Origin: Heterodontus francisci | Taxonomy: Eukaryota | Length of the DNA: 64,000 nucleotides | Direction: 5' to 3' | Assembly: GCF_036365525.1 (NCBI RefSeq) | Contig: NC_090378.1 | Location: forward strand, 118,467,593-118,531,592 | Shown: positions 39,498 to 52,752 of the stretch, in pieces | Position numbering within the stretch: position 1 is the first letter of the stretch | Layout of the letters: each line of letters opens with the position of its first letter | Translations under genes and position numbers: made by a program | The notes under the pieces: generated by a model | The model's database searches: none | Told to the model about the DNA's origin: nothing | Seen by the model: only the letters and a program-made list of their open reading frames with translations

Positions 39498-41890
39498 GCC
39501 ACACCTACAGACAGTACTGGGTAACACACTCAAACTCAGAGATACACACCTACAGACAGTACTGGGTAACACACCCACACTCAGAGATACACACCTACAG
39601 ACAGTACTGGGTAACACACTCAAACTCAGAGATACACACCTACAGACAGTACTGGGTAACACACCCACACTCAGAGATACACACCTACAGACAGTACTGG
39701 GTAACACACCCACACTCAGAGATACACACCTACAGACAGTACTGGGTAACACACCCACACTCAGAGACACACACCTACAGACAGTACTGGGTAACACACC
39801 CACACTCAGAGACACACATCTACAGACAGTACTGGGTAACACACTCAAACTCAGAGACACACACCTACAGACAGTACTGGGTAACACACTCAAACTCAGA
39901 GACACACACCTACAGACAGTACTGGGTAACACACTCAAACTCAGAGACACACACCTACAGACAGTACTGGGTAACACACTCAAACTCAGAGATACACACC
40001 TACAGACAGTACTGGGTAACACACCCACACTCAGAGATACACACCTACAGACAGTACTGGGTAACACACCCACACTCAGAGACACACACCTACAGACAGT
40101 ACTGGGTAACACACCCACACTCAGAGACACACATCTACAGACAGTACTGGGTAACACACTCAAACTCAGAGACACACACCTACAGACAGTACTGGGTAAC
40201 ACACTCAAACTCAGAGACACACACCTACAGACAGTACTGGGTAACACACTCAAACTCAGAGATACACACCTACAGACAGTACTGGGTAACACACTCAAAC
40301 TCAGAGATACACACCTACAGACAGTACTGGGTAACACACTCAAACTCAGAGACACACACCTACAGACAGTACCGGGTAACACACTCAAACTCAGAGATAC
40401 ACACCGACAGACAGTACTGGGTAACACACTCAAACTCAGAGACACACACCGACAGACAGTTCTGGGTAACATACTCAAACTCAGAGACACACACCTACAG
40501 ACAGTACTGGGTAACACACTCACACTCAGAGACACACACCTACAGACAGTACTGGGTAACACACTCACACTCAGAGACACACACCTACAGACAGTACTGG
40601 GTAACACACCCACACTCAGAGACACACACCTACAGACAGTACTGGGTAACACTCCCACACTCAGAGACACACACCTACAGACAGTACTGGGTAACACACC
40701 CACACTCAGAGACACACACCTACAGACAGTACTGGGTAACACACCCACACTCAGAGATACACACCTACAGACAGTACTGGGTAACATACCCACACTCAGA
40801 GATACACACCTCCAGACAGAACTGGGTAACACACCCACACTCAGAGATACACACCTACAGACAGTACTGGGTAACACACCCACACTCAGAGATACACACC
40901 TCCAGACAGAACTGGGTAACACACCCACACTCAGAGATACACACCTACCGACAGTACTGGGTAACTCACCCACAATCAGAGTTACACACCTATAGACAGT
41001 ACTGGGTAACACACTCAAACTCAGAGACACACACCTACAGACAGTACAGGCTAACACACCCAAACTCAGAGATACACACCTCCAGACAGAACTGGGTAGC
41101 ACACCCACACTCAGAGATACACACCTACCGACAGAACTGGGTAACACACTCAAACTCAGAGATACACACCTACAGACAGTACTGGGTAACACACTCAAAC
41201 TCAGAGACACACACCTACAGACAGTACTGGGTAACACACCCACACTCAGAGACACACACCTACAGACAGTACTGGGTAACACACCCACACTCAGAGATAC
41301 ACACCTACAGACAGTACTGGGTAACATACCCACACTCAGAGATACACACCTCCAGACAGAACTGGGTAACACACCCACACTCAGAGATACACACCTACAG
41401 ACAGTACTGGGTAACACACCCACACTCAGAGATACACACCTCCAGACAGAACTGGGTAGCACACCCACACTCAGAGATACACACCTACCGACAGAACTGG
41501 GTAACTCACCCACAATCAGAGATGCACACCTCCAGACAGTACTGGGTAACACACTCAAACTCAGAGACACACACCTACAGACAGTACTGGGTAACACACT
41601 CAAACTCAGAGACACACACCTACAGACAGTACTGGGTAACACACCCACACTCAGAGACACACACCTGCAGACAGTACTGTTTAACACACACACACTCAGA
41701 GACACACACCTGCAGACAGTACTGGGTAAGACACATACTCAGAGACACGCACCTACAGACAGTACTGGGTAACACACCCACACTCAGAGACACACACCTA
41801 CAGACAGTACTGGGTAACAGACCCATTCTCAGAGGAACCCACCAAATGACTGCACTGTGTAATACACACATACTTAGACATACACACCTA
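39498..41890. repeat. 45-bp minisatellite, left sub-array (ACACCTACAGACAGTACTGGGTAACACACYCAMACTCAGAGAYAC)
   Basis: Unit read directly; 15-aa periodicity. Confidence 0.97.
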
Positions 41891-41904
41891 CTGAGAGTAC
41901 TGGA

Positions 41905-42335
41905 TAGCTATGAAGAGAGACTGGATAGGCTAGGGTTGTTTTCCTTAGAGCAGAGAAGGCTGATGGAGGACCTGATTGAGGTATATAAAATTATGAGGTG
42001 CATTGATAGGATAGATAGGAAGAAACCTTTTGCCTTAGTGGAGGGGTCAATAACCAGTGTGCATAGATTGAAGCTAAGAGGCAGGAGGCTTAGAGGAAAA
42101 GAATTTTCACCCAGAGGGTGGTGCGAATCTGGAATGCACTGCCTGAACACTTGGTAGAGGCAGGAACCCTCACAACATTTAAGATGTATTTAGATGAGCA
42201 CTTGAAATGCCATAGCATACAAGGCTACGGGCCAAGTGCCAGAAAATGTGATTAGAATAGATAGGTGCTTGATGGTTGGCAAAGACACGATGGGCTGAAG
42301 GGCCTGGTTCTGTGCTGTATAACTCTATGATTCTA
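41905..42335 (+). mobile_element. CR1 3' fragment inserted in the 45-bp array
   Basis: SYEERLDRLGLFSLEQRRLMEDLIEVYKIM; tail TGTGCTGTATAACTCTATGATTCTA. Confidence 0.9.
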
Positions 42336-43540
42336 TAACACACCCACACTCAGACTCACACACCTACAGACAGTACTGGGTAACCCACACACACTCAGAG
42401 ACACACACCTACAGACAGGACAGGGTAACCCACACAAACTCAGACACACACACCTACAGACAGTACTGGGTAACCCACACACACTCAGAGACACACACCT
42501 ACAGACAGGACAGGGTAACCCACACACACTCAGACACACACACCTACAGACAGTACTGGGTAACCCACACACACTCAGAGACACACACCTACAGACAGGA
42601 CAGGGTAACCCACACACACTCAGACACACACAACTACAGACAGTACTGGGTAACCCACACACACTCAGACACACACACCTACAGACAGTACTGGGTAACC
42701 CACACACACTCAGAGACACACACCTACAGACAGGACAGGGTAACCCACACACACTTAGACACACACACCTACAGACAGGACAGGGTAACCCACACACACT
42801 CAGACACACACACTTACAGACAGTATAGGGTAACCCACACACACTCAGACACACACACCTACAGACAGCACAGGGTAACCCACACACACTCAGACACACA
42901 CACCTACAGACAGTACTGGGTTACCCACACACACTCAGACACACACATCTACAGACAGTCCAGGGTAACCCACACACACTCAGATACACACACCTACAGA
43001 CAGTACAGGGTAACCCACACACACTCAGACACACACACCTACAGACAGTACTGGGTAACCCACACACACTCAGACACACACACTGACATACAGTCCTGGG
43101 TAACCCACACACACTCAGACACACACACCTCCAGACAATACAGGGTAACCCACACACACTCAGACACACACACCTACAGACAGTACAGGGTAACCCACAC
43201 ACACTCAGACACACACACCTACAGACAGTACAGGGTAACCCACACACACGCAGACACACACACCTACAGACAGTACAGGGTAACTCACACACACACAGAC
43301 ACACACACCTACAGACAGTACTGTGTAACCCACACACACTCAGACACACACACCGACGTACAGTACTGGGTAACCCACACATACTCAGACACACACACCT
43401 CCAGACAATACAGGGTAACCCACACACATGCAGACACACACACCTACAGACAGTACAGGGTAACCCACACACACTCAGACACACACACCGAACAGACAGT
43501 ATTGGGTAACCCACACACACTCCGAAACACACACCTACAG
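42336..43540. repeat. 45-bp minisatellite, right sub-array (CACACACTCAGACACACACACCTACAGACAGTACWGGGTAACCCA)
   Basis: Unit read directly; a variant of the left array. Confidence 0.96.
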
Positions 43541-44055
43541 GATGTAAATGTGTTGTAATCAGTTCAGAGAAGGTTTATTAGACTAATACTTGGAATGTGC
43601 AGGTTTTCCTCTGAGGAAAGGTTGGACAGGTTAGGTTTATATCCACTGGAGTTTAGAAGAGTAAGAGGTGACTTGATGGAGACATATAAGATTCCTGAGG
43701 GGTTTTGACAGGGTGGATGTGGAAAGGTTGTTTCTTCTTGTTGAAGAAACTAGAACTTGGGGTCACTATTTAAAAATAAGGTGTCACCCATTTAATACAG
43801 AGTTGAGAATTCTTTTATTTCCAAGGGTCGTGACTCTTTGGAACTCTCTTTCTCAAAAGGCAATGGAAGCAGAGTCTATAAATATTTTTAAGGCAGAGGA
43901 AGATAGATTCTTGATAAGCAAGGGGGTGAAAGGTTATCATGGGTAGGAGGGAATGTGGTGTTGAGATTACAATCAGATCAGCCATGATCTTATTGAATGG
44001 TGGAGCAGGTTCGAGGGGCCGAGTGGCCTACTCCTGCTCCTAATTCATATGTTTG
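43540..44055 (+). mobile_element. CR1-clade 3' fragment
   Basis: VERLFLLVEETRTWGH..LWNSLSQKAMEAES; tail GAGTGGCCTACTCCTGCTCCTAATTC. Confidence 0.88.
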
Positions 44056-44308
44056 TATTTCTGTTTGTAATCAAATCTTATGCTAATGTGCTATTGATTG
44101 AGAGTTTAACCAGCCAATCATTAGAATCACTTGCTGAAATACAGCCAATCAACTGACAGGAATGTGGGACATTTCCAAAGTACTCCCGAGACATTTACTG
44201 AATATTCTTAATGTTTATTACCTTTTACAGATTTACATTTACAGTAAAAAGACTTGAATAAACAGCTCAGTGAGAGGAAGCTGGAGAAATTCACAGGGAG
44301 AATGAAGG

Positions 44309-44314
44309 TTTATT
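44309..44314 (-). promoter_or_regulatory. Candidate polyadenylation signal of the Ig light-chain transcript
   Basis: AATAAA on the minus strand ~430 nt after the C-exon stop; a second AATAAA at 44214-44219. Confidence 0.6.
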
Positions 44315-44508
44315 AAAACAGTTGTGGAGATTTTCTCAATAACATGAGAATCCTGTCGCTTTAAACAGAGACTAAACTTTAAATTGTAACTGCAGGGTGA
44401 GCAGGAAGGAGGTCTGGTTTACTGAGCGGTGACTTCTGAGGTTCATATTATTTTAGCGCAGCTGACAGTCTTCAGCATCTTAGAGAGGTTTTACTTGGCA
44501 TCACGAGT

Positions 44509-44590
44509 CTACATTGTCCAATCAAACACTCCCAGGGCAGGTACAGTACGGGTTAGATACAGAGTAAAGCCCCCTCTACACTGTCCCAAT
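44509..44590. repeat. Short interspersed repeat fragment in the predicted IgL 3' UTR
   Basis: CAAACACTCCCAGGGCAGGTACAGTACGGGTTAGATACAGAGTAAAGC, recalled as a common shark repeat motif and not verified by search. Confidence 0.5.
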
Positions 44591-44743
44591 TTAGTGCCTT
44601 GACCCCTGATCCTCAGAGGTGTCTCAGACCCAGTCACGAGAAGGAAGAGAGTTGAAATTCCGTGCTGACAATGACCTTTATCCTCCCAGCTCACCCCTGT
44701 TATATTTAAAGTTGTGTCTCCTCTGCGGACTGTCTCTAACATT

Positions 44744-45072
44744 CTACACACATTCTGATCTGCTCACACTCTTACTGAGGGGAGAGGACAGGGTCTCGTG
44801 GGTGAGGGCACAGGAGAAGCGGGCGTTGGACTCCCAGTCAGAGCCAGAGAGGGTCAGCAGGCTGCTGACACTGTAGGTGCTGTCCGAAGCTCGCAGGTAA
44901 TTGCTGGTCTGAACTCCGGCCGAAATGGCTGCACCGTCCTTCTTCCACTCCACCCCCACTTCATCGGGATAGAAGTGATCGGCAAGGCACACCAGGGTGG
45001 CAGTGCCCTTGGCCTTGACCTCCTCCGGCGAGGGGGGCATCAGGGTCAGTGTGGGTTGAGACTTCTCTCGGC
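44744..45072 (-). CDS. IGKC: Immunoglobulin light-chain constant exon, kappa type (chondrichthyan type III/NS4-like)
   Basis: Polypyrimidine tract plus CAG acceptor (45073-45075), phase 1. Translates to (S)REKSQPTLTLMPPSPEEVKAKGTATLVCLADHFYPDEVGVEWKKDG..YSVSSLLTL..W..FSCALTHETLSSPLSKSVSRSECV*. C1-set Cys/Trp/Cys and the penultimate interchain Cys are intact, with no stops. Confidence 0.96.
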
Positions 45073-45104
45073 CTGAAAGAGAAGAGAAAAACTGTTAATC
45101 ACTG

Positions 45105-45345
45105 CATGTTTGTGTATTTCTGTGTTCTATTTGTATATTTTTTGCTCTCTGTATATATTTGTGTGTTTTATGTATATATTTGTGTCTTTTGTCGGTATAT
45201 TTGTGTGTCCTCTGTATATATTTGTGTGTTTCATGTATTTATTTGTGTGTTCTGTCTGTACATTTGTGTATTCTCTGTGTATATTTGTGTGTTCTATGTG
45301 TATATTTATGTGTATGTTTCTGTGGGTGTTTCTGTGTTTGGATAT
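45105..45345. repeat. Low-complexity (TGTA/TGTG) tract near the C acceptor
   Basis: Read directly. Confidence 0.85.
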
Positions 45346-45534
45346 GTCACATCAGATAACAGACAGCTGAGTTAATGAACTACGGCTGGTGTTGAATCGT
45401 TAGAAATGAGCACCATCACTTCTTAATTTGCCTCGCTTGCTAGGTTTAGTCTAAAATACAAAGACAGTGGATGGTTTGATGTTCAACTGGTTAAATTGTG
45501 TTCGACTGCTCTTGGAAGTATGATATGGTAGTTT

Positions 45535-46375
45535 TTTTTATTCATTCATGGGATGTGGGCGTCGCTGGCCAGGCCAGCATTTATTGCCCATCACTAATAG
45601 CCCTTGAGAAGGTGGTGGTGAGCTGCCTTCTTGAACTGCTGCAGTCCATGTGGGGTAGGTACACCCACAGTGCTGTTAGGCAGGGAGTTCCAGGATTTTG
45701 ACCCAGTGACAGTGAAGGAACGGCGATATAGTTCCAAGTCAGGATGGTGTGTGGCTTGGAGGAGAACTTGCAGGTGTTGGTGTTCCCATACAACTGCTGG
45801 CCTTTCCTCCTAGGTGGCCAGCCTTTGACCTGCTCTTGTAGCCACAGTATTTACAGGGCTACTGCAGTTCAGGTTCTGGTCAATGGTAACCCTCAGGATG
45901 TTGATAGTGGGGGATTCAGCGATCGTAATGCCATTGAATGTCAAGGGGAGATGGTTAGATTCTTTCTTATTTGAGATAGTCATTGCCTTTCACTTGTGTC
46001 ACGCGAATGTTACTTGTTACTTATCAGCCCAAGCGTGGACAGTGTCCAGGTTTTGCTGCATTTCTAGATAGTCTGTTTCCGTTTCTGTGGATTCGCGAAT
46101 GGTGCTGAAGGTTGTGCAATCATCAGCGAACATCCCCTCTTCTGACCTTATGGTGGAGGGAAGGTCATTGATGAAGCAGCTGAAGATGGTTGGGCCTAGG
46201 ACACTATGCTGAGGAACTCCTGCAGTGACGTCCTGGAGCTGAGATGATTGACCTCCAACAACCACAGCTATCTTCCTTTGCGCTAGGTATGACTCCAAAC
46301 AGTCGAGAGATTTCCCCCTGATTCACACTGACTCTAGTTTTGCTCGGGCTCCTTGATTCCAGACTCAAATGCTGT
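45535..46375 (-). mobile_element. Second-family CR1-like LINE fragment in the J-C intron
   Basis: AGVPQHSVLGPTIFSCFINDL..MFADD; same 3' end as the element at 28953. Confidence 0.85.
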
Positions 46376-46379
46376 CTTG

Positions 46380-49300
46380 ATGACAGTTATTACTGAAATG
46401 AGTCTGAAAGAAGGGCAGGAATGGCAGCTCAATATTCCTGATACTGAGTTTCCCAACGGGATAGAGAGGGAGAGAAAAAAGGAGAAGGGTTTCACAATAT
46501 TAGTCAAAAGAAAAAATCGCAGCTGTGAGGAGGGATGATATTCAAGCAGGATCATCGAATGAGGACATTTGAATGAACGTAGGAACAAAAAAGGGGCAAT
46601 CACATTGCTGCACTATATATAGACCAGGGGTCGGTAACCTTTATTACCTGAAGAGACTGTTTTCAAAAATATTACCTAAAATAAAAACTACTGGCAGTGT
46701 CAAGACCAAAATTCAGCATTTCTAAACCAAATACCTTCTAAATTGCCAAGTGTCTCTGGTAGAATGCACACTTTGTATATATAATAAATAAAATACATGT
46801 ATTGAATTTATGTATCAATAGAAAAAAGTCAAAATCAGAATAGGTTTCACTCTGAATTATTGCATTTTTTTGACTTGTTTTTGTATAATTTTGTCAGTGA
46901 AGTCAAAATTTTAAAAAAAAATTGAAATTCAGATGTGCAGAATTAAGACAATTTTTTCAGCTATTGATTCTCGTAATAAAAAAGAAGTTTCTAATAGCAG
47001 AATAATTTATCATCTCAGTGATATTAGAAACAATAATGGTCACAAACATAAAAGCTGTTCCTCCAATGGAAGCTGTACCACTCAAACAAGTTCATTTAGA
47101 CAATGATGATGCTTTTCATTTAAATAATCATTTGAAACTATAAAGTACAACATAATGATTAGCCTTTTATCCCCACAATAAAAACACAGTTTACTTTCCT
47201 TGACTGAATTTTTTCGGCCTTTTTCATGTTAATGTGATCCAACTGGAAAAGGTTGGCAGCTGTAAATGAGCTGTTAAAGAGTCACATGTGGCTCCGGAGT
47301 CGCAGGTTCCAGACTCCTGCTATCGACCCTCAAACAGTCAGAGGGAGAGAGAAGAGCAAATGTGTCGGCAAATTACTGAAAAGTGCAGAAACAACAGGCC
47401 AGTAATAGGAGGGGATTTCAACTTTCCAAAAATTAACTGGGATAAATTCAGTATAAAAGGTACAGAGGGCGCAGAATTCCTAAAATACATTCGGGAGAAC
47501 TTTTCTCATCAGTAGAAAGGCCAACAAGAGAAGATACAGTTCTGGACTTAGTTTTCAGGAATGAATCTGGGCAGGTGGAAGGGGATCAATGTGAGAGTGT
47601 TTTAGTGGCAGTGATTATAATTCAGTTAGATTTAGAGCAGTTATAGAAAAGGATAAAGATGGACCAAGAGTAAATGTTTTAAACTGGGGAAAGGCCAATT
47701 TTACTAAGCTGAGATGTGATTTGTCAGAATTAGACTGGAAACAGCTACTTGAAGGTAAATCAGTGTCAGAGCAGTGGGAGGCATTCAAGGAGGAGATAGT
47801 GAGGGCTCAGAACAAACATGTTCCCACAAAGAAAAAGGGTGAGACTCCCAAATCTCCATTTACCGCAGATGGTAAAGAGCATACACAGTAGGATAAGGTA
47901 CAAAAGGGAAACTTATATCGGATACTGAGATCTTGATACTGCAGAAAACCTGGAGAAGTGTAGAGAGTTCAGGGGTGAAATTGAAAAGGAAATTAGGGAA
48001 ACAAAGAGAGGACATGAAAAAATATGAGCTAGTAAAATCAAGGAAAACCCAAAGATGTTTAATAAATACATAAAGAGCCGGAGAATCACTAAGAAAAGAG
48101 CGGGGTAAATTGGAGTCCAAAAACCTAACCTGTGTGTGGAGGCGGAGGATGTGGACATGTTTCTGAATGAATACTTTGTGCCTTTTTTCACAGAGAGTGA
48201 CAAAGCAGACATTGTAGTGAAGGAGGAGGAGTGTAAAATCTTGGATGGGATAAACTTAGTGAGGGAGGAAATATTAAGGTGTTTCACATCCTTGAAAATG
48301 GATAAATCACCAGGCCCAGGTGAAATGTATCCCAGGCTGCAAAAGAAGCAATGGAAGAAATAGCGGAGGCTCTGATCCTCATTTTCCAATTCTCTCTGGT
48401 TAAAGGCATGGTGCCTGAGGACTGGAGGACTGCTAATGTTCTACTGTTGTTTAAAAAGGAAAGAATGGATGGACCAAGTAATTACAGATCAGTCAGCATA
48501 ACCTCGGCAGTGGGAAAATTATTGGAAAAAGTTCTGAGAGACAGTAAAAACCATCATTTAGAGAAGCACGGGATTAATTCAGGACAGTCAGCATGGATTT
48601 GTTAAGGGAAGTTTGTGTCTGACTAACGATTACATTTCATGAGGAGGTTACAAGGAGTGTCAAAGTGGGCGTCATGTTTGAAAGAGTCTACATGGATTTT
48701 AGCAAGGCCTTTGATAAGATCCCACATGGCAGACTGGTCAGAAAATTAAAAGCCCATGGGATCCAAGGAAAAGTGGGAAATTGGATCAAAAATTGAGTCA
48801 GTGACAGGAAGCAAAGTTTTATTGTCAACGGGTGTTTTTGTGAGTGGAAAGCTGTTTTCAGTGGGGTTCTGCAGGGCTCAGTACTGGGTCCACTGCTGAT
48901 TATAGTATCTTTCAATGATTTAGATTTAAATGGAAGGGGTATTAAGAAGTTTGCAGATGATACAAAAATAGGCCTTGCGGTTGATAATGAGGAAAAAGGC
49001 TGTAGACTGCAGGAAGATATCAATGGACTGGTCAGGTGGGCAGAAAAATAGCAAATGGAATTCAGTCCAGAGAAATGTGAGGTAATGCATTTGGGGAGGA
49101 CAAACGAGGCAAAGGAATATCCAATAAATGGGATGATACTGAGAAGTGTAGAGGAACTGAGGGACCTTGGAGTTCATGTCCACAGATCCCTGAAGGTAGC
49201 AGGACAGCTCGATAAGGTGGTTAAGAAGGCTTACGGGATGCTTGCCCTTATTCGCTGAGGCCTGGAGTATAAGGGTAAGGAGGTTATGCCAGAACTGTAG

Positions 49301-49870
49301 AAAACACTAGTTAGACCACAGCTAGAAAACTGTGTACAGTTCTGGTCACCACATTACAGGAAGGATGTGATCAAACAAGAGGGGGTACAGAGGAGATTTA
49401 CGAGGATGTTACCAGGAATGGAGAATTTTACCTATGAGGAAAGATAGGATCGGCTGGGATTGTTATCTCTGGAACAGAGGAGACTGAGGGGAGATTTAAT
49501 TGAGGTGTATAAAATTATGAGGGGCCTAGATAGAGTGGATAGGAAGGACCTACTTCCCGCAGCAGAGAGGTCAATAACCCAGCGGCATAGATTTAAATTA
49601 ATTGGTGGAAGGATGAGAGGTGAATTGAGGAGTAATATTTTCACCCAGAGGGTGTTGGGGGTCTGGAACTCACTGCCTGAAAGGGTGGTAGAGGCAGAAA
49701 CTCTCATCACATTGAAAAAACACTTGGATATGCACTTGAGGTGCCGAAACCTACAGGGATATGGGAATAAGAGCTGGAAAGTGGGATTAGGTTTGTTAAC
49801 TCATTTTCAGCTGGCATGGACACCATGGGCCGAATGGCCTCATCTGCATTGTAAATCTTTCTATGTTTCT
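46380..49870 (+). mobile_element. Degenerate CR1-clade LINE ORF2 (endonuclease plus RT) in the J-C intron
   Basis: VIGGDFNFPKINW, KSPGPG, NYRSVS, FSKAFDKIPH, FADD, FTQRVLGVWNSLP, CR1 3' tail. Confidence 0.9.
46625..47319. mobile_element. hAT-Charlie-like non-autonomous DNA transposon inserted in the CR1
   Basis: TIRs CAGGGGTCGGTAACCT / AGGTTCCAGACTCCTG; imperfect 8-bp TSD ATATAGAC / CTATCGAC; AT-rich interior. Confidence 0.8.
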
Positions 49871-50309
49871 CTGTTTAAACGTCTCTAATGAAGGTTTATC
49901 ACCAATTCAGCACTGAAATGGTTAATAGTAAGAGTGTTTAAAGACTCAGTGTCCCTTTAAGACACTGTTAACCTGACAGGAAGCTCGAACTATAGATCAG
50001 TCTATCCGGAGGAAACAGGCTCAGTGTTAACAAATCTCAGATCACACACACATCCGGAGAACTTTCTCTGAGAACACTGGAGCAGACTTGTATCAACACA
50101 TGTCAGAAAGGATTCATGTTGGGTGTCGGTGTAGAAGGTTTTCGATTTCATTTAAAACCTTCTTGTCCAACACTGGGGTGAGGTCAAGGGTGAGGTTATA
50201 ATCAGTCTCAGTGTACTGGGATCAGGCAGGGTCACTGCTCCAAATGATCCCATGAACCCTGGAAGGTGAGAGTGTGCGCGAGGGTCAGGATCAGGAGCCT
50301 CCAAACTCA

Positions 50310-50695
50310 AAGAAAGACTTGCATTTCTATAGTGCCTGTCACCACCTCAGGATGTCCCAAAGTGTTTTACGGCCAATTGTGCACAGCAAGATCCCAGACA
50401 GCTGAGTGATAATGAGCAGATAATCTGATTTTCAGTGCTGTTGGTTGAGTGATAAACATTGTCCAGAACACCGAGGAGAATTCCCCTGCTCTTCTAATAG
50501 TGCAGTGGGATCCTTTACATCCACCTGAGAGGGCAGACGTCAGTTTGTCTCAACTGAAAGACAGCACCTCTGACAATGCAGCACTCCCTCAATACTGCAC
50601 TGCAGTGTCAGTCTGGATTATGTGCTCCAGCCTCTGGAGTGGGACCTGAAGCCACGACATTCTGACTCAGAGGTGAGAGTGCTACCCACTGAGGC
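50310..50695 (-). mobile_element. tRNA-derived Deu-domain SINE (SacSINE1-like); a second partial copy at ~51105-51305
   Basis: tRNA-like head on the minus strand (CTCAGTGGGTAGCACTC..); core GACAGCACCTCTGACAATGCAGCACTCCCTC; tail AGAAAGACTTGCATTT. Family name recalled, not searched. Confidence 0.7.
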
Positions 50696-51309
50696 AACAC
50701 TAACACCTCACAGTCGAATAGCCTGCCATTCTCACCCTCCCGGCTCACACTTGGAGGAATGAGGCCACTTGGGGAGGGTGGAGCTGTGCCCCAGCCAGAG
50801 ATAGTGCCTTCAGGAGAGAGATGGAGAGCAGATTGTGGGAGACCTGTAGTCTAGAGGGGTGACATTTAACCAGTCGATGGCAGGTGCTGAGCCCTTTCCC
50901 CGTAAGTATTATGTAAGTCGATGGGGAAAGTGGGAGGGGCACTAGAGTAACACCTTTGTTGCTGCTGAAACTCTTGCTATCTGCTCAGTCATGTCTAATA
51001 AACACACAGACAAATCAGACAAACATTAGTCGGTTTTATGTGGATTTTCTGCTGGGTTCAGCTTTAATCAACAGGGTATTGTGGGAGCTCCCGGTTAATA
51101 AAAGGAAAAGAAAGACTTGTATTTATGTCGGGTATTTCACACCTCAGGACCTCCCAAAGTCATTTACAGACAATGAAGGACTTGTTTAAAGAGCAGTCAC
51201 TGTTTGAATGCAGGAAATGTGGCAGACAATTTGTGCACAGCAAGATCCCACAAACAGCAATGAGGTAAATGAACATTTTCAGTGACATCGGTTCAGAGAT
51301 AAATATCAG

Positions 51310-52215
51310 TGTCATGCAGGCCCCCACCTGCCAAGAATGAGGCACATTAATTTCACCATATGAACACTGCTTTTTAATCTGTTGCTGGAGTAAAGAAATA
51401 ACTTGTTTTTAAAAAACAACACCAGGCCCTTGACTGGAAAGACATTGGCATAATAACAGACAGAACTTGGAAGGGACAAAAGACCATTTCCTGACAAATT
51501 CAATCCACAATGGACTTTTGATTACCAGACATTGAGGATGGAGGAGCTCCCATTCCAGCTTGACTGCTAAGATGGCCGACTACACCATCGGACATGGCCA
51601 GACCAGTTTAGTCACATGACTAACTGGCTGTTGTAGTTTTTTGAATTTGAACTTGCCACAGAGAATTTGAACTCAGAAAGCTGTTTGCTCCTGGACTGAA
51701 AAGACTTTTCATGGCTGGCTTGCCACTGTCTCTCTCCCATTGGCTTTCATCTCTCTGACCAGCTTCAGGAATCATTGAAGACATATGAACCGCAAGAGGG
51801 AAAAGTCTCCCACAGTGAACAAGGTTTAAGAAGAATACTGGGCCCCAATGAAAAGCAACACCTACCGACAAGCAAGGACTACAGTGAGCTCGAAGCACAG
51901 TAACAAAAACTCTCTTCAGAGATTGCCTCAAACCTCTGCACTTTATTTTTCTTCTGCTCTTTTCTGTCTCTATTTGCATGTGTGTATCGCATATGCATGC
52001 TAGCATGGGGCATGGCGTGTATCCGTACGCGTTAACTGAATTAGAGTTTTAGTTTAAGTTTTAATAAATTTCACCTTTCTTCTTTAAACCTAAGAAAACC
52101 TGTTTGTGCTCATTTCTTTGCCTCACACAGTGTGTTTCAAATTAAATCTTGTTACAGTAAGACCAGGTGAAGGCTGTGAAAGACCCCTAGAGACTTTCAT
52201 CACCTGGTCAGAACA
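51310..52215 (+). mobile_element. Solo LTR (~906 bp) in the J-C intron
   Basis: TGT...ACA termini, internal AATAAA (~52063), no coding capacity; the adjacent SINE copy stops at its left end; TSD unclear. Confidence 0.65.
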
Positions 52216-52752
52216 ATCGACCTGAACTTGACCCAAAGACAAAGCAACTGAGAGTCTCCCCAAAACCCTGGAACACTGAAGCCACTGGATTGGGAGCCCT
52301 GCTGTCGCTGTTTGTCATCAGAACTTTGACAAGAGATAAGCAGGGAGTGGACAGAGCAGAGTTAAAGCTGGGGGAGGTGGGACCTTGGTGTCTCACTGTG
52401 CTGGTGCTGAGATCAGTTCTATCAGAGACTGTGACAGAGACCCAGAGCTCACACTGAGACTGGCAGGAGTCTAGTGAGGGATTTCACTCCATGGAGCAGG
52501 AATGTGACCACAGTCTGCAAACGTCCAGATCTCCTCTACACACTCGGTAAAAGTTGGTTACTTATATCTTGCTGGTTAAAGGGGGAATGTAACTAAAGAA
52601 ATACAGCTGGGCACCCTGTTATACACAGTGCTCTTCAATGAACCATTTCATTGACTGCAGCTCCTTACTAACACCTTCCACTATTCAGCATTTGTGTTTT
52701 CGAAAGTTTCAGTATTTAAAGGATTAATAACGGAGGATTGAGGTTTACTTAC

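Noticed and set aside
39414-42157. 902-aa and 763-aa ORFs
   Set aside because: Translations of the 45-bp repeat running into a CR1 fragment.
51880-51911. RSS-like CACAGTA or TACAGTG with ACAAAAACT inside the LTR
   Set aside because: The spacer is 0 or 16 nt, not 12 or 23, and there is no adjacent coding segment.
52380-52640. Isolated CACAGTG/CACTGTG heptamers in the J-C intron as a second J or V RSS
   Set aside because: No nonamer at 12 or 23 nt and no FGXG or YYC motif.
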